This document shows positions 10,813 through 24,033 of a DNA stretch of 64,000 nucleotides, piece by piece (the stretch's first letter is position 1; each line of letters starts with the position of its first letter). This DNA comes from Stegostoma tigrinum (lineage: Eukaryota). Location of the stretch: assembly GCF_030684315.1 (NCBI RefSeq), contig NC_081369.1, forward strand, positions 50,885,598-50,949,597. The letters are read 5' to 3'. The position numbers and the translations under genes were made by a program. The notes under the pieces are model-generated. The model ran no database searches, was not told where the DNA came from, and saw only the letters and a program-made list of their open reading frames with translations.

Positions 10813-13800
10813 CTACATATTTCTTTAATGGCACTGATAAATTAACTACTTAGAAAATTTGTTTTTACTCTCTTTTTCACCTGTTCCTGCAGTTGCTACT
10901 CGCAGGTCACTATCAAAGTAGTATAGTTTCTATCTGTTTGCTGTTGGCCATCACAGTAACCTTTACAATTAATTGAAAATGCTATTTTTCTGCTATACTT
11001 AACATTCACAGCATATTGGTTTTGAATTTACAAAATAACTAGAGAATTAGTGTAGTCTCATGGATTACTGATATGTGGAATATAAATTCCTGGTACAGTA
11101 ACCCCAAGCAGGGGTTAAAGTAGGATGGGGTAAAATTGCTCCCAGCAATAACTTTAGAGAAAGCTAATCGTAAGTTAGAAATCATTTGTTATTCATGCTA
11201 ACTCTGATGGTAATAGTATCAATGAGAGGCATTTCACATTGTTGATATTTTAATATGGAACAATTAAATTTTTGCTGTACCTGATTCGGAAATGCCTGAT
11301 GATGACACTGGATAGATGTTACATTTCTCAGCTCTGAAATTCTTAACAAAATATTGAAATAAGTATCAATTTAAATCATGAAAATTAATTCTGCAATTTC
11401 AACCACAAAATAATTCTCTTGCCATGCTTAATTTATAATGGTGCTCCTTTATCCAATGCCACTGGGTAAAATGTCTATTCCTTTCACCACTAGCATCACC
11501 TACTAGTGGATAAGGTTGATTAAAGGCTTGCCTCAGGCTTATTTTCCACATTGTGGTTCCTTAGCTAATCGTTTTGTAGAACAATGCAGCCCATAATCCA
11601 AAATAAGAATGTCATTTTCAGTGACAAATTATTTTACCTAGTGACCTTAAGTGGAATATTGTGAGGCTTTTGTTCTCTTGCTCGCAATGCCAATTCAATG
11701 AAGATTATTGCCCCTGAAATCAGGAGCAAGACACAGGACAAAACATTTTTTTACATGTGAGTCAATATACAGGTAGGATCACATTTTATTTCTATTACCG
11801 TATGCATTCAAAGAAATATGCAGTTGTTATGGTAGGAATTGTATGTTGATTATTAAACTCCAAATAACTACATTTGCTCTGGATGTGAATCAGTCAAATT
11901 ATTTGATTTGAAATCAGTATGTCCAGCTAATTAGTCTCCTTAAGAATAGTAGTTTTAATCTGACTCATGCACATCAATACATACGAGAACACGGAGAGGT
12001 GCCTAAATATACACGCAGTGGAAATAGCCAAGAGCTTTCAAAGCGCAATGAAACACGAGGCCTATGCGGCTCACAAAGGTCATAGCCAGTGCTGTACATA
12101 TTTATGTTCATTGTATAGTCATCTTGAGATTTACTGTGTAACGTGTACTTTGAAGTGCACTGTATAGAATTATTTGGAAAGGAACTGTTCTGTGCATGAG
12201 AGCATTTGATTAAAAAAATTCTCTAAACAGGAAATACTTGCAAACGTCTTGGTTCTTTGCAGCAATCTGATGAAGTTTATTTACGTTTATGCACATTCCT
12301 CAAGTGCACCCCACATACATATAAAAACAAGAATCCTGGGAGGGGGACCGAAAACCAAGAGGTTTATTTCTTTCGTCTTAGGTTACATTAAAACAAACCA
12401 TTTTCACACAGGCTCAGTAGGGACAGTGGTATTACCCAGAACTTCCAACGAGCTGATACTTTGGAGATAGTTTGAAGTTTACTTTGCCAATGTCTGATCT
12501 CGCCAGATCAGTGCCTTTGTTTACAGGTCAGTCTCGAGACACCTGAAAATGTTACTTTGAGGACTGCAACACGCGGTCTCTCTCTTCATCTCTCGGAAGC
12601 AAAATCTTGACTACATTAAAATAACTTTAATATCATTCTGCTTTCATTTCTGTCTAAAATTTGTAAATAATGCAATCCGTTGCTCCGATTGCCTCGGCCC
12701 CGTTGGTAGTGGACAAGTATTGTCTTTCTGTTAAAATTGAGCATAAAAATAGCCGGTGATAATACTTTATTACAATTCAGATTTTAAAAATCGCTAGTTA
12801 TTGAGAATTACTTCGATGTGAAACTGTATTCGTGGTCATTCTTTTAAGTTACTTCAATAAAGAAAAGATCAATCGTTTTACCTTACGGCATACGTGCGAT
12901 ACCCAATTTTATTATAAATGTGAGCTAAACATTCACTTAGACCCGGATTTTCTTATTTTTCCCGCCCTGTTTATTTGATAGCAATTGGCATTAGAAATGA
13001 TAAAATATGATGTAATAGAAAATTGTCACTTTTCCTAAATCTAAAGAAAATGTTTTCTTTCAGAGCGACGCTGAGTATTTTAAATCTCTTGCTTCAGACA
13101 GGTGTCCTCTCGGCACCTTTAAGTTAAAACAAAAGGTGAAAGCACAGCACCTCCTGGTATGACCTGTGTTATGAAAGTTACACGGGAGTGGAAAGATTGC
13201 AGACTCCAACGTGCAGAGAGTAGCGTTTCCACAGAAAACCTTCAAACTCTCCCGAGCTGTGGGAATTCGGTGCTGTTTTGAAAGGGAGCTTTGTTCAGAC
13301 GCGGGACCTCCGTCAAGTGTTGGATCTTTTTCCTACTCCCATTCCGCTTGTACACTCTCCAGTCCGGCTCTGACTCTCCTAACACGCCCGCTTTTTTAAA
13401 AGTTTTTTTTAAAGGATGTCGCTTTGAGGAGAAAAGAATAATTTCGATGTATGTTTTCTAACCTTAACAGCGAAGGGCCCTGTAACATATTTTTAAATGG
13501 ATTGGGTAATTCAATTAACTATTAGAGGGGAATTCCGCCTACCAAAATAAACAGCTGTCGGTCTTCTATGAGCCCTGGTGCTTGAATTACCATTAGCAAT
13601 GATATTATAGTCACTATCTTTAAACACAACTAGTTTAGATTATAGAACGATTGTCGCCTTAACATCTTAGCACCTCCTTGGCACAATAAAGTTTAGCGCG
13701 GCTGGCGTTTGGTGTAATCGCCCAACTTGTGGTGTGGAATCGTTAGAAACATTTTCTCAAGACACCTAAGCTTGTTGCTGCAGAATCAGAGAATGCCTTG

Positions 13801-14151
13801 TTCTGTGCGACAGTCGTACAAATTACCCGAGTGAACAGGATTACACTTGAGTCTGCACTTTTCCCCATTCTGTTACAAAACTATGGAAACCTCGGCAGCC
13901 GCTAATTCGCGCAGAAAGTGACGGCGCTTCCAAAAGTAAATGACATCATCGGGTTCGGCTCAAGCGGTTTCACCTGGTATGAACAAGGGCCAGGTGCTGT
14001 GTTCCCGTTCCCGTTATTCAATACGTTGTTGAAACATCTCGGTTTGATGGGGAGAGGGGTGAAAAACCAAACAAAGCGGCATAGATAACACAACTTGTCG
14101 AAATGAAATAACAAGTGATACGCTATTCAATCGAAATAGTTCAACAGATAT

Positions 14152-14157
14152 TTTATT
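14152..14157 (-). terminator. Candidate FOXL1 poly(A) signal AATAAA
   Basis: tttatt on the + strand, ~635 nt past the FOXL1 stop; usage not demonstrated. Confidence 0.4.
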
Positions 14158-14792
14158 CTATATTACATATCAGCAAAACAGTGTAGTCAACAGAAGTTAC
14201 ACTAGACGTCAAAAGTCCTCTGCAAGAAATGAAGCGTTCTTTAGCGTGCGGGATGGTAAGGGAATAAAACTAAACTTGATTGTACGGAATAAAGACATTG
14301 TTTTCGCCCAGATATACATGAATACAGCTGGGGTCTATCTCATATAATGGTTGATATCAGGATGTGCTGGCTTAAGCAAGCGGAACGTTTACTGGTGAGC
14401 TAATGGGATTTGTATCATCTAAAAGCTCTGGATGCAGCAACTAAAACGATACCCCGTTTAACTCGACTTAGTTTCAATGTATATGAAACCCCCTCTGAGG
14501 CATGATCAGGCGCCACATAAATGGAGAGATCCCTCTCATCGGTTTATAAAAAATCCCCGCCCAAGAGATGATAATAGGGGGTTCATTGCCATGGGTCTGT
14601 TTTAACTGCTGGAAACAATTAACCCATCGCTTCTCATAAAATTAATCTACCTACACACTGTAGGTATTTAAATATTCAATTCACAAAAAGTTCAATAAAA
14701 ACGTTGTCATCCGACAGATGTTTGAGGCTTCGGTCAAATATTTGTTGTCGTACCATAGAAGGTGATCAGGTGATTTATGATAAATTACTGAT

Positions 14793-16256
14793 CTATTTAA
14801 AATTGAAACATGTTTCTGAACAGGTTAAGGGAAGGTACGAGTAAAAAGGAAAACCGATTTGATAATATTTACCAGGTAAGTGATGTGAATCAAACGGCAA
14901 AGAAGTGTTTAAAGCGGCGTAGACTTTAGTCGAGGTATCTAAAAGCGAATTGCCGAAACATCTATTGGGTAGGTGTGTTAAATTCATTTTTGAAGTTGAA
15001 TTTTTACCAAGCTGGTCACTTTCACAACTGGTGTCGCTGTGATGGCTTTCTCTGGATAGGATACTTTCTATGCTAAAACTCTTGGACCGTGCACTGTGTG
15101 AGTTGGAGCTATTACCAGCTTTCTGTCCTCTGTTCTGATGGCTGCTGTTTCCAACCACTGAGGGGGAGCTCAGTGCTTGATTTCCGGGGGTTCTCACAAC
15201 CCGGGCTGAGTTGATACCCCGAGGTGATGGCTGAGAACTAGAAGATGGTTCGGCCGGCGTAGGCGAGTCTGCCTTCGTCGCTCTTCCTGGCATCTCCTCA
15301 CCTTGGTTCCCCTTCATGCAAGGGCCTGTGGATCCATCTTGCCCTGGCAAGGCCGTGAATCCAAATGCACCAGAGGCAGCGGTTGGAGGAGGGAAGGACA
15401 CGGCAGGCGGAAGAGCTGGTGAGGAAGAGTTGGTCCACACACGACGTTGGACTGGATGGGTCACCGCCTGGTCAATAGACTCCGCAGCAGGCGGATAAAG
15501 AAAAGTTACTTCGTCACACCTCAGTGCCTTGACATTTTTGCCCCCGATGCTTGACGGTGCCAACTCAGGATGGCAATCATTTTGTTTCTTTCCGCCGCTT
15601 TGAGTTCTCAAATTTCCTGAACGCGCTCTGTCTGACGAATCGCCGGCTTGTTTGAAGTTCTCCGGGTCAGATGAGTTGGGTCTTGGTTTGATGTCATGGT
15701 CAAATCCAGGCTTGGGAGACTCGTCAGCCTTCGTGCACTCTTCACCAGTTTCTGATTTGGCCCTCTTCCTCTCCATCTGCTCCTGAGCTCCTTGGGACTT
15801 GGCCTTTCTTTTTCTCCGTCTGTAGTTGCCATTTTCAAACATGTCCGTGCATCTCGGATCCAGGGTCCAGTAACTCCCCTTTCCAGGTTTGCCCTTCTCC
15901 CTGGGGACTTTGACAAAGCAGTCGTTCAGTGAGAGGTTGTGCCTGATGGAGTTTTGCCATCCTTGCTTGTTGTCATGGTAAAATGGGAAGCGCTCCATGA
16001 TGAATTGGTAGATGCCGTTCAAAGTCACTCTCTGTTCAGGGACACTTTTGATCGCCATGGCAATCAGGGCAATGTAACTGTATGGAGGCTTTTGAGGAGG
16101 CTCGTGCCTGGCCATCACGTTATTTCCACTGAATCCCAAGGAAGGGAACATCCTACTGTCCCCTCCATATAGGTACACTGAAGAACTACTGTTCAGGCCC
16201 ATTGTAGATCCTGACCCTCTGAGTTGCTGCAACTGATTGCTATAGATATGGTTCAT
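14793..16256 (-). CDS. FOXL1: Forkhead box protein L1, single coding exon, 487 aa
   Basis: [19 protein letters not shown]...[75 protein letters not shown] is diagnostic of FOXL1. Has an eh1 motif (FSIESIL) and lies in tandem downstream of FOXC2. Confidence 0.96.
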   Translation of the reverse strand: MNHIYSNQLQQLRGSGSTMGLNSSSSVYLYGGDSRMFPSLGFSGNNVMARHEPPQKPPYSYIALIAMAIKSVPEQRVTLNGIYQFIMERFPFYHDNKQGWQNSIRHNLSLNDCFVKVPREKGKPGKGSYWTLDPRCTDMFENGNYRRRKRKAKSQGAQEQMERKRAKSETGEECTKADESPKPGFDHDIKPRPNSSDPENFKQAGDSSDRARSGNLRTQSGGKKQNDCHPELAPSSIGGKNVKALRCDEVTFLYPPAAESIDQAVTHPVQRRVWTNSSSPALPPAVSFPPPTAASGAFGFTALPGQDGSTGPCMKGNQGEEMPGRATKADSPTPAEPSSSSQPSPRGINSARVVRTPGNQALSSPSVVGNSSHQNRGQKAGNSSNSHSARSKSFSIESILSRESHHSDTSCESDQLGKNSTSKMNLTHLPNRCFGNSLLDTSTKVYAALNTSLPFDSHHLPGKYYQIGFPFYSYLPLTCSETCFNFK

Positions 16257-16439
16257 AGCTGTTCCCGGCGTCGCCTGAGCAAAACTATTCTTTTTTTTCT
16301 CTCTGCCTCTTCTTTTCTTTCAAACTTCCAAAAGAAATCACAGTTTACAACAAAAAAAATGTGGACTTGCAGGAGTCCACCACAGACCCTGTGTGCTACA
16401 GTTCAGCAAATGTGAGTACTGCCTCTCTTAAGATTGTTC

Positions 16440-16639
16440 CCACTTTGTCCCTTCGTCATGGCTTAAAATGTTAAATAATTGTTGTAAGTTGCTATTTTAT
16501 GTTGACTTTGCACTGGAAAATAAATTGTCTATGATAAACAGTCGTTTTATTCTCAGCCCACCCACATTAATTAAATTTCATTGCAAAAAAAAGCCTAAGA
16601 CTTCTCCACGTGTCTTCGAGGTACCAGCCAATCGCTTGC
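16440..16639 (-). promoter_or_regulatory. FOXL1 proximal promoter candidate
   Basis: Immediately upstream of the CDS. Contains forkhead-type motifs (tgttgac, taaaca), homeobox ttaattaa and a CCAAT at ~16628; truncated by the gap. Confidence 0.5.
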
Positions 16640-16795
16640 NNNNNNNNNNNNNNNNNNNNNNNNNNNNNNNNNNNNNNNNNNNNNNNNNNNNNNNNNNNNN
16701 NNNNNNNNNNNNNNNNNNNNNNNNNNNNNNNNNNNNNNNNNNNNNNNNNNNNNNNNNNNNNNNNNNNNNNNNNNNNNNNNNNNNNNNNNNNNNNN
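16640..16795. other. Assembly gap (156 N)
   Basis: Run of N. Confidence 1.
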
Positions 16796-19504
16796 AAGCA
16801 CACAAACACAGTTACCAACAAAATCCAAAAAGACTCAAACTTCTGCAACATATGCATACTTCTTTTAATCTGTGCGAATCTATCACGACTTCAGATATTC
16901 CTCAATCACGGTGACTTTAAACGGATGGTGGCACTTTCATTGTTTTTTTGTGTGTGCTTTTTGCTGTTGTTGTACGCAGCTGGTCATTTTTTGTGCAACC
17001 ATCTGCAAGGCACAGGTTGGGCCGGAGGCTGTCAGGAAGAGGACTTACGAAGAAGGCAAATTCCAAGCGACAGAATTCCATAAAAGGGGAACTTGGCAAA
17101 GAGTGACAAAAAAGTCTCTTTCGTGGACCACTTGCATTGTTAATGTATGCCTCTTGCTTTATGTTCTATACTTTTCCTGTTTACAGCAAGAATGGGGATT
17201 ATAACAACTTTACAAGTAATCACAGCTGTCCAGTGCTTACATAGAACGCTAGTCGCTTCGGACTTGAAAACGTTTGTTCATTGAGTGAATATAACTGTGC
17301 CAATTGTGCAAAGATGAATTGTGAAGTGTGTTGCAATAGCTTTGATGGAGAAACACTTTCTTTTCTGTCACTCGAGTCGTGTGAAACATCGAAACGCGAT
17401 CAGAAGTGAGAGTGCGAATGCACGGTTTGAAATTTGGCCAGAATTTGGAGCAAGGGTTTTCAAAGTAGTGCTGAAGCAATGATTTGCTTGGCAGATGCGA
17501 AGCAATTTCAGACCGTCAAAAGTCACCCCGGATATCTCTGTGAAGTGAGTGGAATTGGATGAGGAGGGGCTATTAGTAAATATGAGACAGTGCAAGGGCA
17601 AAACAAAACCCAAGGGAGTCTCATGAAACAAATCCTGAAATTCAAATAGGTGGCTGTGTACTTAAGTTGCCTGTTTTTTTCAGTCTAGTTCAGGCTAGGT
17701 AACTCCCCCACACTTCCATGCTTGCCTCCAGAAAAAGGATGTTGCAATGCTTCTTGCTAGCAAATGATAACGGTAACTTTATGCCTTGAAATGGCATTTT
17801 TATTTTCATTTATTTATGGTAAGTTCAACAACTGCATGTTTTGTCCTTCTGGCATGAAGATGTTAAAAAAAACACAGTATGTGTACATCCTGTTAACCTC
17901 TTCGGGGCTGGAGTAACTTTTTTTGCCATTTTCCAAAAATAGAACGTTAGACGCTTGTGTTTCGTTCAGTCAAAATAAAACACCAAATGCAGACATCCTG
18001 TTAACCCACAACTACAGACTTCTCTCTGCCTGAAGTTTACACATGAGATGTTTTCAGTTTATTCTGAATCCTCTTTTCCTCAATCTGGTCGCTAATAGTT
18101 GCAAAATCGTCCTGATAATTTTTTTTAAAAACAAATAAACGAACTGATTTCTGTCTAAATATTAAGACGTTTTGCGATATTAAGACGGTAAGGACTCCAG
18201 CTTAAATAAATGAGTTATTCAGCTCTTTTTTTGCAACTTTTGTTTATAATGTGAAAATAAACCTTTAATTTTGATCAACTTCAGTACTTGATACACTTGT
18301 TCACATGAGTTTGTGTTAAAGGAACCTTTGCGACAAGTTCACTGCTTATCTTTCCCTGTCCGGCCCAATACCTTAGAGTGTGGCTTTCACAGCGGGACTG
18401 AATTATCCGAGTTTAATTACATGGTCTACTGAGGTAACACTGAAAGTCGTCCACCCTTCGTATTGTTCACCGAAAAAAAATAAACGAAATGTTTTGTTTG
18501 CCCATTTATTTTAAAGTCTTTGGTTGAAGGAACGTCTCATCCAAGAGAAATCTAGGCAAGAAAAATAAAAAAAATGACATGGAGGATGTCCAATCCCAGT
18601 AGGGAAAGGAATTATCACGTGCGAAGGGTGATCTTGCTGCCTTAGTCCAGCACTTGATGTTTTCATGGCAAGGATGCTCCTTAGTGTAATTATTCACATT
18701 GCAACAACCCTTCAGAAGCTTTCATTTCAGCTTCACACGCTGCAATCTACGCACATCAAGGATAGGCTTGAATGATGAAGTGAGTGAGGGTTGTGCTTGT
18801 CATTTCAGTAATTAACTTCAAATTGAAATCTGAGAAGCAATAATGACTTTCGCAGAGATTCGGCGGCTGGATAAACGCTGACAGGTTTCGATCTGACTAC
18901 GTTAACCGGCCCGACCCGATCCAGCCAGGACGAATTGTTGGCCATGAGAAGCCCACAAAGTATCAGTAATAGATTTAAAAGAGTATCATTTTCAAATAAC
19001 ACTGAACAGATCCCTACGGTCAAAATTATTTCCTGATAAACGATATTTAAACCATCTGATTGCAATAAGATCGACTGCCATAACGTTAAGTATTCGCATT
19101 GCGCTCTCCAAATTCAGTCCAGATTTTTTTTCACCACGACGTGAACGGCTGTACATTTCGTGGTGCATTATACAAGATCGCGTTTGCAATCTGAAGAACT
19201 GTGAACATGACCCGCGTTGTTTTATTTACGCTAAATCAGTCACTGCACCTCAATCAGTGGTTACATAGGAGGTGCTTTCAGCTACGTGGCAAGTATCTTA
19301 CATATATATGTCTGAGCGCTGTAATTAAGAAAGTAATGCGCACCGTTCGGTGAGTAATTATTATTAAAACTATTTGACTCGTTGCTGTTATATCACACCC
19401 TTCGTATCAAAAGTTGCAATGTTTAATCGCCTTATTTTTCCCCGGAAAAGCTGACAAACGTTATATGAGACTGGAAATAAATTCAGTTTTGCTTTCGTAA
19501 CTTG

Positions 19505-19925
19505 AGTGAACCATAGGATGGTACAGCACAGGAGACAATTCGGAACGTCATGTCTGTGAGGTCTGTTTGAAAAAAAATGCCTTAATTAGCCCCTCTATCC
19601 GGCTTTCTCCCCATAGCCCCATAAATATTACCCTTCGACCAATCAGCCAATTCCCTTATGAAACTTATTTTTGATTTGCTTCCACCACCCTATCAAGCAG
19701 CATATTTCAGGTCATCACAATGTTAATGTACGTTAAATAAAATGCTTTCCCCATCCGCCCTTTGATTGTTTAGCCAATGCGCATAAAACTGTGTCCTTTG
19801 CCACTGCTTGTGCCATGGGAAAGTTCTCTGTCAAAACAAGAAAAAAACTGCAAGGTTTTGAGCATCTTTATCAAATCTCCCTTTGACCCTCTCTGCCCTT
19901 AGGACAACAATCCAGGTTCTCCTGC
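19505..19925 (-). mobile_element. Old CR1 3' end
   Basis: catagga...tacagcacagg..., gcttccaccaccct, atcaaatctccc...ggacaacaatccag are typical of a reversed CR1 3' end. Confidence 0.55.
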
Positions 19926-22900
19926 CTTTTCAACAAATAATCACCAGCCTTTGCCAAATTGCTGACAGAAATTATTCAGCCCTGTACAGTTTTAATATTA
20001 TCAACCGAACTGCAGCTTTGGGTCCGTTTCCCGAAGGGAAGCGGAATGGCATTGTACTGTGTGAACATGAACTAAATTATATTCTTCGCTGTCGGCCAAA
20101 GATCAAGAAAATGCCACTTTGTACCCACATGTGTTTCAGTATTCGAAACGATTAAAATCGGAAATAAACGAGTAAGGTAATGTCAGTAGAAAGACATGTT
20201 ACCATCCCAGACCATAAATTATACTGAATGTCTGGCGCACTATAGCAAGTAATCAGGGTTAAAGCCTTTAATACTCCTAAATTGTATTTGGTCAGCTTAT
20301 AAATTAAATGGTTCGCGTCAATTTCAAACACATTAAACAAATATAAGTATTGTATATATAAACAAATACAGGGTGCGCCTCTCAATGATCACTTATTTTG
20401 TTTTGAAAAGAAAAACAGTTTTACTTTTAAATGTCCTGGTCTGGTTTTGGTTTATTGTGAACCTGAGGAATACAGGGTTCGATTGCATTTCCATATGTTC
20501 CGACCCCCGCCCCCTCCCGGTTAAAGAATACGGTGCAATATATACAATTACACTGGCTTTTGTTTTCGGCTGTTATCTCGGTCATGAACTATACCAGCCC
20601 TACAGGCAGCTGACCGACCAATCAACGCCGCATGAAGAATAGGTCCGCAGTCTGTAGAAAACCCGAACTGTTACAGTGCTTTACGCAAACCTTGTTTATC
20701 CCATGCGAGAACCGTGCCTAGGGGATAAACCTTCAATCAGTGGCCGTACGATAACTGCCATTTACTCACGGACTCCCACTATCTCAGTCAATTCATTGCT
20801 TTACAAACGAGACAAAGTATTATTCCAATTCCTAAACGGGGCTGGAACTAGTTAACAAATCGTCTTTATTTTTTAAATCTAAAGAAAGATAGCTTACATG
20901 GATGTGTTTGAATTACAGGTAGATGGGAACCGTGCCAATTTTACAAGAGAATGTCCAATGTCTAATTTTATCAGCAAACCCCTTCGGCTTATGGTTTCTA
21001 TGTTGAATTTGAAAGAAAAAGAGAAGCCGTCTCCTGTACCTACGTAACAATTGGCCACTAATGATCCTGAGAACGAGTTTTTTTTTAATTTTTAAAACGG
21101 GAAGAGACATTTGCTGTTTATTCAAGTAAATAATGTAAGGGGTAAATTTATCCTGGGAAACAGTCAGTAGAAGCGGGCCCAAGTATTCTGTTGACAATTT
21201 ACTGTAGGATTCTAGATAATAGTTTGTTCCATTTAGAGGATTTAAATGAGAGGATCACCTTTAGGTGGTAAATAGACAGTTTACTAATTCAGCCTCAGTG
21301 CCTGTTGTTATTCAGAGCTGAATCTACGCAAGCGATAAGCCTATAACATTTACAGGCTTGTTCTATCTAAACGTAAAATCCTTATTCCGCTTGTATTGAG
21401 CACTGAGTCAAAGTTCATCCTGCATGTTCTTTCTCTTTAAAAAAATCGTCCTTTTAAAACTTTGCCAGGTTGCTTAATATATTCAACGTAGTCACGCTGG
21501 GTTCAGTGTGGTAGCGTGCGAAATTTGAAAAATTATATTAAAAATAATAACGCCAGCACAAAATTGATCTCAGATTGTCGGAAAAATGCACGCGATTTCC
21601 ATGCCTGGTTCTTGGCATGAAACCGCATACACAGCTTTTTTTTTTACAGAAACAGAGGAGTCATTTCATTCCAAATTTGCACTGGACATTTTAGTTTATT
21701 TGGATCATGCAAATCAATGGGATCCCAAAGCGCCAGACAGACTTCCGTTCTGATTACCCAACGCCAGATGTTTGCGCATTCTATTCGCAGCTGACTTTCA
21801 ACTAGATATTGTTAATGACAGGTGCAGCTATCTACCGAGGCCAGGAGGCTGTGCCTGAGAAGATAGAGCGACCCGATTTGAGACAGAACCCGCATGTATG
21901 CTCAGAAACACGCTCATTCTTTTATTCACATGGCTTGCCTCTTGGTCAATTATAATTCAACTCGGGCTTGCTTGGTGCACTTTCCAGTAACTTATATCAG
22001 GTCCAAACCTGCCAAGGCTAGCTTACAATGGAGTCTACCGGAGGAATATTTGGCTACAAGCCTTAAGAGTTGCTACATGACAGCAAGTCAGAGCACCACA
22101 GACCAGTAACTGTCGTTATAAAATACGCCACCATAAATAAATATTGAATCAAAGACTATGTCCAGAAAACATTGTGCGTGTAATTGATATTAAATTTCAC
22201 AGATCAATCGGAATTCTGTAAATTTCACTTGTCAAAATAAGTTACATTCTTTTCACTTAAATCCAATACTTCAAGTGGAATTAATGCTTCAGGGGGATAG
22301 TGGCAGGCTCTTTGAGGCCTATTCAGGAAGCATATCTGCAAAGTAAAATTATACCGGCCTGGTTTCAGCTTTGTTGTGAGTTTCTGCCAATCGTAATCAG
22401 GTTTTAGCATTTAGGCGGAGATGAGCTTTTCTGCTGCAAGCCCCGTTCTTTCAGTCAACTGAAACTGGTGTTTGGTGGGTTTTGTACATCTGATGAATGA
22501 ATTTAAAATTGATGACTAAGTCTGTCAGTGAATGGACCTGCACCGTCTCAAATTTCTAAGTTCTAAGGCTTCGGGAACGTAAATATAGTTCAGGACTTTT
22601 AACTTTGCAAATCTTATGCTTTGTAATTGATAAATATTTTTAAGAGGGGGCAGCACATCCCATACAGGAGCATCTAGGAATCGGCATATTTATTAAAGTT
22701 CTAAAGGTTTATTTTATCGAAGCAAAATAAAACTAATTATTTGGATCAAACAGTAATCAAAAGTGCATTTCATAGGGGTACGACATTGTCCTGTAAATTA
22801 TGGGCTCAGACATTACGTAGAGTTCACATAGTCGCCTCAGATCCTTGACATGTCTGCTGTAGACTTGTTCTCAGTTACATTCATGGGTTTTAGTCAACCT

Positions 22901-24033
22901 AAAAACAAAAATCATTTTTAATCCTGGGCACCTATTTGACAGCCTCGAAACTTTATAGCTCTCAGTAAAATAATGGTGTGATGTGGTCAACTCTCTATCG
23001 CCCGTGCGATCTGTTACCGCTCTGGTAAGCTAATCGACAGTCAATAACACAGACAGAGTAGAAGTATGCACGGTAATTATCAGAATTCTGCATAAACCAG
23101 ACAAAAGGCCAATATCGAGCCAGCATGCAATCAACCAGGAAAAAAATCCACTACGCCACATTAACTTAAGGCAAAAAAAATCAACGCTGATTTATTTTGG
23201 GTTTTTTTAAAAGATAAATACAGAAATTAAGATGAACTGAACTTAGAAAGGAAATGATCTTAAAAGGATCAACTACAGACCGGAGGAGTCAGGGTCGGCA
23301 ATACAGAACTGTCATTATTTTTAAAAAAAGAGATTTCGTGTTTTAGAAAAATACTATGCATCCAATAAATTAGTTCTTCGGCTTTAAACGGAGCAAATAT
23401 ATCGAAGTTAAGAACGTAATAAAAATTACACTGTACACGGCACATAGCTATAAAACTGAGGTTGAATAACAGTTACGCTTTGGCACTTTACAATGGCTGG
23501 GGAACAGTTTTTTTTAAAAAAAATCCAGTGAACTGAACTTTAAAATATATTAAATGGCTCTGTAACGTAGCCTCCATAGAAAATCGTACAATTTACATCA
23601 TCTATAACGTCGCATCAACATCGGACAAAATGTCAGGAGAGAGAAAAAAAGATCTTAGCTGTGGAAAATGGAACGTGACTGAATTAAACAACAACTGCAG
23701 AAACAGAACACACAAAAGGCATCGTTAGATTCTTGGTCCATTAAACAGTTTAGACCCTACATTTGGCAGTTGCCACTTTGCTAAACTTTCGTTATTCAAG
23801 TAGGTTTCCCTTATGTTAAGAATGTTAAACAAAATCTGTGTCTTAAGTTTTTTGATTCCTCATACACACTTTCTAACAACAAGTCGTCAACACGTTTGGC
23901 CACACACCGTAGTTTGGACTGTCACAGTCAGCAATTTTATGTGCAGTCTTAAGTTTTTTTTGCGGTTTTGTTTTCATCTCCCAATACACAATCTTTTACT
24001 TTAAATGAGAAGATAGAGAGGTTGGTTGCTAAA

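Noticed and set aside
15316-16172. Alternative-frame and antisense ORFs within FOXL1
   Set aside because: Shadow ORFs with no recognisable domains.
16468-17083. ORFs spanning the N run
   Set aside because: They are open only because of the assembly gap.
16370-17140. GLI-binding sites near FOXL1, a known Hedgehog target
   Set aside because: Only partial matches were seen; no clean GACCACCCA, and part of the promoter is in the gap.
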